Assembly: GCA_963819255.1 (NCBI GenBank)
Contig: CAWFVS010000038.1
Coordinates: forward strand, 108,986 to 172,985
Reading direction: 5' to 3'
Length of the DNA: 64,000 bases
Source: an uncultured Alphaproteobacteria bacterium
Lineage (GTDB): Bacteria > Pseudomonadota > Alphaproteobacteria > Rhizobiales > Beijerinckiaceae
Part shown: piece after piece, positions 52,210-64,000 of the stretch
Layout of the letters: each line of letters starts with the position of its first letter
Position numbering within the stretch: position 1 is the stretch's first letter
Program-made: the position numbers and the translations under genes
Notes under the pieces: model-generated
Seen by the model: the letters and a program-made list of their open reading frames with translations, nothing else
Databases searched by the model: none
Told to the model about the DNA's origin: nothing

Positions 52210-53943
52210 ATGACCTCCGTCCTCCACCCGATGTCCTCGATCAACCCGCCGGAACCCGGCCTCTCCGAGCCTCCGACGTTCCGTGAGGCCCGCGACCTCC
52301 TGCTCGAGCTCGACGATCGCTACACGGCCGCCAAGACGCAATTCGTTTGGCCGCGGCCGGAAAAGTTCAACTGGGCGCTCGACTGGTTCGACGCCGAGCT
52401 CGCGGCGGGCGACCACGGGCGAAAGGTCGCGCTGAAGGTGATCGGCGAGACGGTCGAGACGCGCACCTTCGCCGAGCTGTCGCAGCAGTCGGCGCGGCTC
52501 GCCAACGGCCTGCGCTCGATCGGCGCGAAACCCGGCGACCGCCTCCTGATGATGCTCGGCAACAGCCCGGAGCTGTGGGTCACGATGCTCGCCGCGATGA
52601 AGCTCGGCCTGGTGCTCATCCCAGCGATGCCGCAGCTCGGTGAAGCCGACGTCGCCGACCGGATCGAGCGCGGCAAAGCCAAATTTCTCGTTGCATACGG
52701 CCGTGACGCAGGAAAATTCGCCAGCGCGAAGGCGGAGGTCGAGCGCATTGCGGTCGGCGAATCGCCGGAAGGCTGGCGCGCCTTCGGCGCGCTGATGAGT
52801 CCGAACGTCCGCTTCGTGGCGGCCGGGCCGACGCGCGCCGACGACCCGATGCTGCTCTACTTTACCTCCGGCACGACGGCGCGGCCGAAGCTCGTCCTGC
52901 ACAGCCACGCCAGCTATCCGATCGGCCATCTGTCGACCATGTACGGGCTCGGCCTCAAGCCGGGCGACGTCCATCTCAACATCTCCTCGCCGGGCTGGGC
53001 GAAGCACGCCTGGTCGAGCGTGTTCGCGCCCTGGAATGCGGGCGCTGCGGTCGTCGCGCTGGCCCGGCCGTTCGACCCGCGCGCCGTGCTCGACCTCCTG
53101 GTCGAGCATCAGGTGACCGTATTCTGCGCCCCGCCGACCGTCTGGCGGATGCTGATCCAGCAGGACATGGGCAAGTGGCCGGTGAAGCTGCGCGAGATCA
53201 ACTCGGCCGGCGAGCCCTTGAATCCCGAGGTGATCGATCAGGTGAGGCGCGGCTGGGGCATGACCATCCGCGACTCCTACGGCCAGACCGAGACGACGAT
53301 GATGGTCGGCAACTCGCCCGCGCAGAAGGTGATCGCGGGCTCCATGGGGCGCGCCCTGCCGGGCTACCGCGTCGTGCTGCTCGACGCCGACGGTCTCGTG
53401 GCCGACCAGGGCGAGATCGCGCTGCCGCTACGCCCGCGCCCCGCGGGCCTGATGCGCGGCTACCAGAACGAGGCCGGCGAGCTCGAGCCGATCGACGGCG
53501 AATATTACCGCACCGGCGACGTCGCCACGCGCGACGCCGAAGGCTACATCACCTATGTCGGCCGCGCCGACGACGTGTTCAAGTCGAGCGACTACCGGTT
53601 GAGCCCCTTCGAGCTCGAAAGCGCGCTCATCGAGCACGAGGCGGTGGCGGAGGCCGCCGTGGTGCCGGCGCCCGATCCGGTGCGCCAATCGACGCCGAAA
53701 GCCTATCTCGTCCTGGCCGGCGGCTTCGAGCCCGATGCGGCGACGGCGGCCTCGATCTTCGATCATGTGCGCGCTCGGCTCTCATCCTACAAGCGCGTGC
53801 GCCGCATCGAATTCGCCGAGCTGCCCAAGACCGCCTCCGGCAAGATCCGCCGCGTCGAATTGCGCAAGCGGGAATTGGAACTCGCGGATCGCGGCGAGCG
53901 TGCGGAGCGCGAGTTCCGCATCGAGGATTTTCCAGAGGGGTGA
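52210..53943 (+). CDS. Acyl-CoA synthetase (AMP-binding)
   Basis: FTSGTTARPK, YGQTET, GRADD and LPKTASGK motifs. Confidence 0.92.
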   Translation: MTSVLHPMSSINPPEPGLSEPPTFREARDLLLELDDRYTAAKTQFVWPRPEKFNWALDWFDAELAAGDHGRKVALKVIGETVETRTFAELSQQSARLANGLRSIGAKPGDRLLMMLGNSPELWVTMLAAMKLGLVLIPAMPQLGEADVADRIERGKAKFLVAYGRDAGKFASAKAEVERIAVGESPEGWRAFGALMSPNVRFVAAGPTRADDPMLLYFTSGTTARPKLVLHSHASYPIGHLSTMYGLGLKPGDVHLNISSPGWAKHAWSSVFAPWNAGAAVVALARPFDPRAVLDLLVEHQVTVFCAPPTVWRMLIQQDMGKWPVKLREINSAGEPLNPEVIDQVRRGWGMTIRDSYGQTETTMMVGNSPAQKVIAGSMGRALPGYRVVLLDADGLVADQGEIALPLRPRPAGLMRGYQNEAGELEPIDGEYYRTGDVATRDAEGYITYVGRADDVFKSSDYRLSPFELESALIEHEAVAEAAVVPAPDPVRQSTPKAYLVLAGGFEPDAATAASIFDHVRARLSSYKRVRRIEFAELPKTASGKIRRVELRKRELELADRGERAEREFRIEDFPEG

Positions 53944-54301
53944 CGCCTCTTCGGGCGTGGTCGGACGCCGCCTGTTCAAAATGCGATCGTCGAGCGCCCG
54001 GACTTCCGCCCGGAGCAAATGTCCGAAACTCCAGCTTACGCGTCACAACCGGCTTCTCAGCGTACGTTCGGGCCTCAAAGGGCGGTTCGCGGAGGGAAAA
54101 CCTTTTCGTTACAGAGAGAAAAGGATGCCTGGGCGCGCCCTGCGAGCAGCCCCAGCGTTCGCTCCTTTCGAGCCGAGGCCGCCAGTCGGCCTGTCCTGCA
54201 TCGCCGCCATCCCTTGCAATCTCCATAAGGGGAGGCGACAATCCATCGCACAGGATCGGCATTTGGTCTTCCATGCTTTCGTTCAACAGGGTGCGCGCTC
54301 C

Positions 54302-56023
54302 GTGACCGAAGAGCCACGAACCCGTCCACGGGAGGGGACAAAAGCCTCGCGGCAGGCGCTCATGGCGGCGCTTGCGGAAGCGCAGGGCGAACTCGCCGAG
54401 GCGCGGCGGCGCGAGACCGCGACGCTCGCGCAGCAGACGGCGACCGCGGATGTGCTGAAAGCGATCAGCCGTTCCACGTTCGACCTGCAGACGGTGTTGG
54501 ACACGTTGGTTGGGTCAGCAGTCGCGCTCTGCAGCGCGGATGCCGGTGTCATCTTTCAGAACAGCGGCGACGCCTTCTATGGCAAAGCTTTCGGAGGAAA
54601 CCTTGGCGGGGAGTTCGTTCGCTATTTCAAGATGAGGCCGCAGCGACCGGGCCGGGCGACGGTAGCCGCACGCGTTTTGCTCCGCGGCGAAGTGCAAAAC
54701 GTCGACGATATTCGAGCGGACCCGGAATACGACTTGCAGGTGGCGGCAATCAACAGACAAGCTGCGGCGCTCGGCGTTCCCCTCCTTCGCGACAGGACTG
54801 TCATCGGCGCAATCGTTGTCGGGCGGCAGGCGCCCGGAGCCTATAGTCAGCGAGAGGTCGAGCTCGTGCAGACCTTCGCCGACCAGGCCGTGATCGCCAT
54901 CGAGAACGTGCGACTGTTCGAGGAGGTTCAGGCCAAGAGGCGCGATCTCGAGGAGTCGCTGCAGCAGCAGACGGCGACCGCCGACGTGCTGAAGGTCATC
55001 AGCCGCTCGGCGTTCGATCTGGATGCGTCCTGAAGACGCTCGCCGATTCCGCGCGGTCGCTCAGCGGCGCGGCGACCGCGCTGGTTTTCCTGCGCGACGG
55101 CGAGGTCATGCGGATTCGCGCCGAGTCCGGGTGCGCCGTCCAGCATCGCGAATACATCGCGTCGCATCCCGTTCGCCCGGGCATGGAAACCGCCGCCGGG
55201 CGCGTGTTGCTGACCGGGGAGGCGGTCCATATACCCGACGCAGTCGCGGACCCCGACTATAGCTACGGCATCGCGCCGCAGCTCGGAAAATTTCGGGCCC
55301 TGTTCACCGACATCGCTGACTTCACGCCCCTGGTTGAGTCGCTCGATAGCGAGACGCTGGCGCGCCTGCTCGGCGAGTATCTAGCGATCATGACCGAGAT
55401 TGTCTTCGACCACGAGGGAACGGTCGCGAAGATCATCGGCGACGCGATCCACGTTCTGTTCGGCGCTCCCGTCGAGCAGCCCGACGCCGCGGGGCGGGCG
55501 ATCGCGTGCGCGCTCGAGCTCGATCAGCGCGCGGAGGCTTTCCGCTGCGAGTGGAGAGCACGCGGCGTCGCGCTCGGCGCAACCCGCATCGGCGTGCATG
55601 CGGGGCCTGCGATCGTCGGCAATTTCGGCGGCGGGCGCCTCTTCGACTACACCGCCTACGGCGAAACGATCAATGCCGCCGCGCGGCTCGAGGCGATCAA
55701 CAAGCAGCTCGGGACGCGCATCTGCGTCAGCGCGGTCGCGGCCGCGCGCGCAGGGGACTTCTGCGGGCGTCCGGTCGGCGACCTCGCGCTCAGGGGAATG
55801 AGCGAGCCCTTGCGCGCCTACGAGCCCCTGGCGGCTGCGGACAAGGAGAGCGCCGCGGCGACCGCCTATCTCGAGGCCTTCGCCAAATTGGAAGCGCGCG
55901 ATCCCTCGGCGCTGAGCGCCTTTGCCGCGCTGGTCGGCGCGCGGCCGGCCGATGCGCTCGCGCAATATCATCTCATAGCGCCTGCTGAACGGCGCCACCG
56001 GCGCGCGGATCGAGATGGCGTAG
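54302..56023 (+). CDS. GAF-domain class III adenylate/guanylate cyclase (frameshifts; second GAF truncated)
   Basis: QQTATADVLK repeats and FADQAVIAIEN; LFTDIADFT, KIIGDA, DYTAYG and NAAARLE. Confidence 0.8.
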
Positions 56024-56185
56024 CGGCGCCGCCCGATTCTGTGTATTGCTTCCCTTACCAGGCCCGCACGCACGCTTCGGGTCCGAGGCGCTACCCCTCT
56101 GCGCGCCGCGGTTGACAAGCAAAATTCGCAAACCCGACAATGCGGCTTCCGCCGGCGCGCGATGCAGGCGGCTGCCCCGTGAGAC

Positions 56186-58690
56186 ATGCTCGATATCGTC
56201 GTCGTTCTGACCGTCTTCTCGAGTCTCCTGGTCGTCGTGGCGCTCAGCCAGCCGCTCGCCGAGCGGCTGAGACTGTCGCCGGTCGTCCTCCTCGCCGTGA
56301 TCGGCGCGGCGATCGGCGCGACTTCGGGCGTCCTGTTGCATGGCCAGGTTTCGCCCCGCGTCGAGGAGGCCGTCAGGCTGTTCGCCGATCTGCCGCTGGG
56401 TTCGGAGGCGTTCATTTACGTCTTCTTGCCGCCCCTCGTCTTCGAGGGAGCGTTCACCAGCGACGTCCGGCGCATTCTCGAGGACGCCGCGCCGATCCTG
56501 ATGCTCGCGGTCGTCGCGACCGTCGTCACCGCCTTCATCGTCGGGCTGGCCCTTTGGCCCGTCTCCGGCATGGGGGTGGTCGTCTGCTTGCTCCTCGGCG
56601 CGGTCGTCTCGACGACCGATCCGGCGGCGGTGATCGCGCTCTTCCAGGACGTCGGGGCGCCGGCGCGGCTGACGCGGCTCGTCGCCGGCGAGGCGCTGCT
56701 CAACGATGCGGCGGCGATCGTGCTCTATACGGTCCTGCTCGGGATCATCATTACCCACCGCCCGCCCGTTCTCGGCAGCGGCGCCGAGGAATTCGTCCGC
56801 GCCTTCCTCGGCGGCGGCTTGCTCGGCTTCGTCGCCGGCCGCGCCTTCCTGGAGGTCGTTCCCTGGGTGCGCGACGACCGGCTCGCCGAGGGGACGCTGA
56901 CGGTCGCGCTCGCCTATCTGTCCTTCATCGCGGCCCAGCGTTTCTTTGATGTTTCCGGGGTCGTGGCCGTTCTGGCGTCCGGCATGACGGTGAGCGCCTT
57001 CGGACGGACCCGCATCGGGCCGGACAATTGGACGTTCCTCTCCAATCTCTGGGAGCAGATCGCCTTCTGGGCGCATTCGCTCGTCTTCCTCCTGGCGTCG
57101 ATCCTGATCCCCAAACTGCTGTTCGACGTGCGCCTGCACGACCTGACGCTGATCGCCGTGCTGATTCTCGCCGCCTTCGGGGCGAGGCTCGGGGTGCTGT
57201 TTCTCCTCCTCCCGACGCTCAACCTCGCCAGGCTCACCCAGCCGATCAGCAATGTCTACAAGCTCGCCATCGCTTGGGGCGGGCTCAGGGGCGCCCTGAC
57301 CCTGGTGCTCGCGCTCGGGGTCACGGAAAACGCCGCGCTGCCGCTCGAGGTGCGCCGCTTCGTCGCGGTGCTTGCGACCGGTCTCGTGCTGTTCACGCTG
57401 CTCGTCAACGGCTCGACCTTGCGGGCGGCGATCCGGCTGCTAGGGCTCGATCGCCTGTCGCCGGTCGAGCGGCTGTTGCGCGACAGGGTTTTGGAGCTGT
57501 CCTACGCCGACACGAGCGAAATGATCGCCAAGGCCGCGACGGAGCACGGTCTCAGCTCGTCAGCCGCACAACGGGCGCTCGCGCCCTATGAAGCCTGGGC
57601 GAAGGCGGAGCGGGCGCGCGACCCGGACGGGGAAAGCGAGCTCAACGAGCGCGCGCGCCTCGCGGTCGCGCTGGTCGCGCTCGGAAACCAGGAGCGGATG
57701 CTCGTGCTCGAGACGCTGGCGCGGCGCGCCGCCTCGCCAGCCGCGCTGCAGGCGCTCATGCGCAACGCCGAAGCGTTGATCGAGGGCGCGCGGAGCGGCG
57801 GGCGGCTCGGCTACAAGCGCGCCGCCGACGCGGCGCTCGCCTTCCCGTTCTCGTTCCGGGCCGCCTATTTCTTCTATCGCCGGTTCGGCATCCGCCGCTT
57901 TCTCGCCGACCGCCTCGGCGAGCGCTTCGAGACCCTGCTGGCGACGCGGCTCATGATCCAGGACTTGGCCGGGACGCCGCTCCGGCGATCGCGGACGATC
58001 TTCGGGGACAGGGCCGTCGCGCTCATCGACCACATGCTCGAGGCGCGTCTCGAAAAGACCAGCTCCGCGCTCGACGCTCTGCGCCGCCAATATGCCGACT
58101 ATTCGGCTGCGCTCGAAGCGAAATTCCTGCGTCAATCGGCGTTGCGCCGCGAGATGGGGCGATATCAGGCCCTGTTCGAAGGCGGCCTGATCACCGCGGA
58201 GGTCTATCGGGATCTCGCGAGCAGCGTCGAGGACGCCCGGCGCGCCGAAGCCCGGCCGCGCTTCGACATCGGCCTCGACACGCGCGAGCTGGTCCGCCGC
58301 CTCGACCTGTTCAAAGGCCTCGACGGGCGACACCTCGAGGGTGTGCAGAAACTGCTCAGGTCCCGCTTCACCGTGCCCGACGAGCTCATCGTGCGCAAAG
58401 GCGAGCGCGGAGACGCCGTGTTTTTCATCGCCTCGGGCGCAGCCGAGGTGGTTTTCCCCGATCGTCGCATCCGCCTCGGCAGCGGCGAGGTTTTCGGGGA
58501 GATGGCGCTCATCACCGGCGAGCCGCGCCAGGCCGACGTCCGAGCGCTGACCTATTGCCGGCTGCTTGTGCTGCGCAAGACCGATTTCGATCGCTTCATG
58601 CGCGACAACCGCGACGTGCGCCTCAAGATCCATGAGATCGCCGAGGCGCGCGCGGCGCTGAACCGGGCCGATCCGGCGGAGGCGGTGTAG
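56186..58690 (+). CDS. CPA1 cation:proton antiporter with C-terminal cNMP-binding domain
   Basis: FLPPLVF, TDP, GEALLND and GGLRGA; FGEMAL...RQADV. Confidence 0.92.
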   Translation: MLDIVVVLTVFSSLLVVVALSQPLAERLRLSPVVLLAVIGAAIGATSGVLLHGQVSPRVEEAVRLFADLPLGSEAFIYVFLPPLVFEGAFTSDVRRILEDAAPILMLAVVATVVTAFIVGLALWPVSGMGVVVCLLLGAVVSTTDPAAVIALFQDVGAPARLTRLVAGEALLNDAAAIVLYTVLLGIIITHRPPVLGSGAEEFVRAFLGGGLLGFVAGRAFLEVVPWVRDDRLAEGTLTVALAYLSFIAAQRFFDVSGVVAVLASGMTVSAFGRTRIGPDNWTFLSNLWEQIAFWAHSLVFLLASILIPKLLFDVRLHDLTLIAVLILAAFGARLGVLFLLLPTLNLARLTQPISNVYKLAIAWGGLRGALTLVLALGVTENAALPLEVRRFVAVLATGLVLFTLLVNGSTLRAAIRLLGLDRLSPVERLLRDRVLELSYADTSEMIAKAATEHGLSSSAAQRALAPYEAWAKAERARDPDGESELNERARLAVALVALGNQERMLVLETLARRAASPAALQALMRNAEALIEGARSGGRLGYKRAADAALAFPFSFRAAYFFYRRFGIRRFLADRLGERFETLLATRLMIQDLAGTPLRRSRTIFGDRAVALIDHMLEARLEKTSSALDALRRQYADYSAALEAKFLRQSALRREMGRYQALFEGGLITAEVYRDLASSVEDARRAEARPRFDIGLDTRELVRRLDLFKGLDGRHLEGVQKLLRSRFTVPDELIVRKGERGDAVFFIASGAAEVVFPDRRIRLGSGEVFGEMALITGEPRQADVRALTYCRLLVLRKTDFDRFMRDNRDVRLKIHEIAEARAALNRADPAEAV

Positions 58691-58871
58691 CGAGCGGACG
58701 AGCGCGCGGAGGGCCGGCGTCACCTTCACCGGCAGACAGGGATCGACGCTCGCTCATCCTCGGGAGAGCGTCCGCGCGCCTCGGCGTCGCCTTCGACATC
58801 CGAGCAGGAAATCCGCCGCTTGCCGAAGATCGAGCCGTCGCGATTTACCATGAAGCAGCGGCCGCCGTCTC

Positions 58872-59110
58872 ATCAGACGAACTTGACGAACGTGCCGCCG
58901 TGAGCGTCGGTGGACAGGGCGAAGTCGCTGGTGACGTAGTTGCCGAGCAGAGTCAGTTTCGCCACGTCAGCGCCGTCGGTGACGGTGAGCAATCCCGAGG
59001 TCAGCGAGGCGTACTCCGTAAAAGTCTCCGTCTCGGAGGAGCAGTAGGTCGAGCTTGTCGCCGGTGGAGAAGCCGCCGATCTTCGCGTGGAAGTTCGCCA
59101 GGTCGTAGAA
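58872..59110 (-). pseudogene. C-terminal remnant of a secreted adhesin/surface protein
   Basis: [18 protein letters not shown] ... SGLLTVTDGADVAKLTLLGNYVTSDFALSTDAHGGTFVKFV*. Confidence 0.55.
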
Positions 59111-59113
59111 CCG

Positions 59114-61139
<2,026 letters not shown>

Positions 61140-61470
61140 CGATAGCCTCCATTTGCCCTCCCTCTTATCGGAGAGGTCCGTCGACAATGAGTTTGCCTCG
61201 CTTTTTGTTGCATTGGAATTGGACTGCGGAAGCCGCCGACGGGATGCCGCCTCCCCTGTTTCTGCCTGCTATCAGGGGAATCCCACCCGTTCGCCGGGGC
61301 GAAACGTCAAGAATTTTACTTGATACAGACACATCCGACGATTTCTTAAAGTAGAAGAATAGGAAGGGAACAGGGAGATCATCGTGCTTAACAGGCACAT
61401 GACAGGCGGCGGAAGAATGGGCGCGGGCCCCGCTTTCCCAAACCCTGCGAGGCGCGGTCGGCGACCGCTT

Positions 61471-62438
61471 CTACAACGTCAGCGCCGCCCTCACCATAGA
61501 CTTGAATTTGGCCGAGTCGAAGGTCCACAGGATGTCCGCCCCCGCGCCTTCGCCGGCGGCCGAGCCCCAGACCTGGCGGTTGATTTCGTCGTCGCCGACG
61601 TTCAGCCGGTCGACCACCGTCATGCCGCGGGTGAGCTCGCTCGCGCATTCGATCGCCACCCTGTGGCGCGACCAGGAGAGTGCGACCGAGCGGTCGAGCG
61701 CGACCGCCATCGCGGTCGGGTCGGCGAGCGACAGGCCGACTTCCCCAGTCTGGATGCGGTAGGCTTCCCGGGCGCGGCTGTTGCACTCGATGGCGAAGCG
61801 CGCTCGTCTCGTGCCGAGGGCCTCGATTGCGGAGACCTCGGCGTCGGTCAGCACGGATGGCCCGCGCGAGACGTGCCAGCCGACCATCTCGATGGGCAGA
61901 CCCGAGCGGAAGACGACCCGCGCGGCCTCCGGATCGACCCAGATGTTGTATTCCGCCGCAGGCGTCACGTTGCCCTCGCAGCAGGGCGCGCCGCCCATCA
62001 CGACGCAGCGCCCGATCCTGGCCGCGATCCCGGGATCCTGCTCGAGCGCCAGCGCGATATTGGTGAGCGGACCCAGCGTCACCAGCGTGAGGCCCGGCTG
62101 CGCATGGGCCAGGCTGCGGATCGCCTCGATCGCATGGCGGTGTTCGGCCGAACGCTTGGGCGCGGGGTAGCCGCGATCGCCGAGCCCGTCCATTCCATGG
62201 AACCAGTGCGCGTCCTGCAGCGGACGAATGAGCGGAGCGCTCGGCGCCCGCGGAACACGGGAACGTCCGAGCCGCTGATCTCGGCAGTCAGCAGCGCATT
62301 CCGCGTCGCCTGCTCGACGCCGACGTTGCCCGCGACCGTCGTGAGGGCCAGCACCTGCACGTCCTTGGCGGAGAGCGCCATCATGATGGCGACGGCGTCG
62401 TCGGAGGCGGTGTCGGTGTCGATGAGGAAGTTTTGCAT
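61471..62438 (-). CDS. Nucleoside hydrolase (frameshift ~62250)
   Basis: DTDTASDD, LGPLTN and AEYNIWVDPEAA motifs. Confidence 0.9.
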
Positions 62439-62894
62439 ATGGCTCGCCGCTCTCGAATGAAATCTGTCGATCCTTGCTGCGCCGGGGAACTCCTAACCTG
62501 GAGATTTCGAAAAGGACACAGCCTTTGAACCGGTCATCCGACCTTTATCTCAAGCCGTTTCACGACTTAGGGCCGAGCCCGGACTTCCTTTCCCGGACGG
62601 TTCAGCTAGGTGAGAAAGCGCGGCAACCGGTTTGGTGGATGGAGGTGGATGGAGTTCCAACGCTTGATCCCAACTGGGTCTGCCATCAGAGGCCCCGAAT
62701 TGAGCTTTTGCTTTATCCTTCTTAATCACCCCGGTACGGGCGGAGAAGACCCGAAGGCGGGCAGGATGCGCCAGGAGCCGTCGGATGCGCGCTCCTGGCC
62801 CGATCTGCAATCCCTGCTGGTTATTGGACTGCCAGAATCCACGGAGAAGCTGCGGAATGCGGGGGCGGGGAGGGGCCGTCAGGCGGCGCAAGCA

Positions 62895-63635
62895 TCACAA
62901 TCTGACGAGCCGCTGATTGAGGCGCGGCGACGCCGTCAATCCGCCGGCGGCGGGTTCAAGGATTGCCGCGAGATACTGATCCTTGGTGATCTGGATATGG
63001 TCGACGCAGATTTGCGCCAGCGCCCACGAATCCGTGCCGGACAGGAGCCGGATCATGATCCGGTGCTGAGCCTGGGACTTGTCCAGATTCTGTGGGTTGG
63101 CGAACGCCGCGCCTCGCACGGCGTAGGTCAGATCCATGTAGGTCTTGATCAGTGAGACGAGAAGATCGTTGTTGCACAAGCCGAAGAGCTCGGCGTGGAA
63201 AACGTCGTTGACTTCGTGGATGCGCCGGAAATCGGCTTGTTGCGCCGCGGCTTCGAATTCCTCGTTGATCCGGGTAAGCCGCTCGATGGTCGCGACGTTC
63301 GCCGGAAGCGGAATGCGCAGCGCCGCCTGGCGCTGCAGGATCTCGCGGATCTCGTAGATCTGCCTCAGTTCGTCGCGGCCGAAACGCCGCACCGATGCGC
63401 CCTTGTTGCGCTCCTTGACGATGATCCCCGCCCGAATGAGCCGCGCCAGCCCTTCGCGAACGTGGTGGCGGGAGGCGCCGAAGCGCTCGGCGAGGTCCTC
63501 CTCGCGAAGCTTTTCGCCGGGCCGCAGACTGCCGGCGAAGATGTCCCGCTCGATCGCCCGGGCGATCTGCTCCGCTGCCGGATCCGTCTCGACTTTGGAC
63601 GCGAGCGCAAGCTGGGAAGCGGTGACGTCAGCCAT
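62895..63635 (-). CDS. GntR (FCD) family transcriptional regulator
   Basis: PGEKLREEDLAERFGASR..VRE HTH; FH..L FCD domain. Confidence 0.92.
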   Translation of the reverse strand: MADVTASQLALASKVETDPAAEQIARAIERDIFAGSLRPGEKLREEDLAERFGASRHHVREGLARLIRAGIIVKERNKGASVRRFGRDELRQIYEIREILQRQAALRIPLPANVATIERLTRINEEFEAAAQQADFRRIHEVNDVFHAELFGLCNNDLLVSLIKTYMDLTYAVRGAAFANPQNLDKSQAQHRIMIRLLSGTDSWALAQICVDHIQITKDQYLAAILEPAAGGLTASPRLNQRLVRL

Positions 63636-63661
63636 TGTGGCAACCGGCGAAATCGGGCAGG

Positions 63662-63747
63662 ATTGTATACAATGATGTCCAAATCAACTCACTTGGGGTC
63701 TATCAGTATAGCAGAGCGAGGCCTCATGCAAAAAGATTGTCGACAAT
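63662..63747. promoter_or_regulatory. Two GntR-type operators in the divergent promoter
   Basis: Palindromes ATTGTATACAAT (63662-73) and ATTGTCGACAAT (63736-47). Confidence 0.7.
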
Positions 63748-63799
63748 AGGAGCGAAGCTGCTACGGTGACGCCATCGGAGCCGGCTTTCGGAAAACCTC

Positions 63800-64000
63800 G
63801 TGAGCGCTGAGCCTCTCCATTCCGACCCCTTAGCCTCGCCTGCCGGCGAGCGTCTGGTGTCATTGCGCGGCATCGCGATGCGCTTTGGGGCCACGCGAGC
63901 GGTCGACGGCGTCGATCTCGATCTGAACGGGGCGGAGGTTCACGGCCTCATCGGCGAGAACGGCGCCGGCAAGTCGACGCTGATGCGGGTGCTCGCCGGT
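63800..64000 (+). CDS. Sugar ABC ATP-binding protein, 5' part (runs off the window; start uncertain)
   Basis: FGATRAVDGV...EVHGLIGENGAGKSTLMRVLAG. Confidence 0.85.
   Translation, partial: MSAEPLHSDPLASPAGERLVSLRGIAMRFGATRAVDGVDLDLNGAEVHGLIGENGAGKSTLMRVLAG

Noticed and set aside
62460-62890. Lower-GC gene fragments (also 61150-61440)
   Set aside because: No recognisable motif or convincing start, so a call cannot be supported.

Overview
A 64 kb high-GC bacterial window, most likely from an alphaproteobacterium of the Hyphomicrobiales. This is inferred from gene content, a GTTC-N7-GTTC LexA box, an Irr box and the REP-type repeats. Many genes, including essential der, carry single-base frameshifts, so most breaks are probably long-read assembly errors. 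In order, the window holds: the 5' end of a group II intron; a decayed phage/integrative-element remnant with lower-GC orphan genes; a LacI/desaturase/MocE locus with an internally deleted mocF; a ClC channel and an EpmB-like enzyme; a sugar ABC operon interrupted by an IS110; a tRNA-Leu half (att-like scar) followed by stress genes and vapBC; a second IS110 (IS1111-like); a CoA-binding/MetY fusion, pccA, RidA and HiPIP; a Pseudomonas-type PHA cluster flanked by IS200 fragments; an Fe3+ ABC/beta-propeller/EfeB operon opposite a Mn catalase; yfgM-der; a GAF adenylate cyclase beside a cNMP-domain Na+/H+ antiporter; YyaL, a nucleoside hydrolase and GntR. The clearest signal is the IS110 at 16982-18282. 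It sits inside a REP-like repeat, and its upstream non-coding end carries readable bridge-RNA guides matching both that repeat and its own circle junction.
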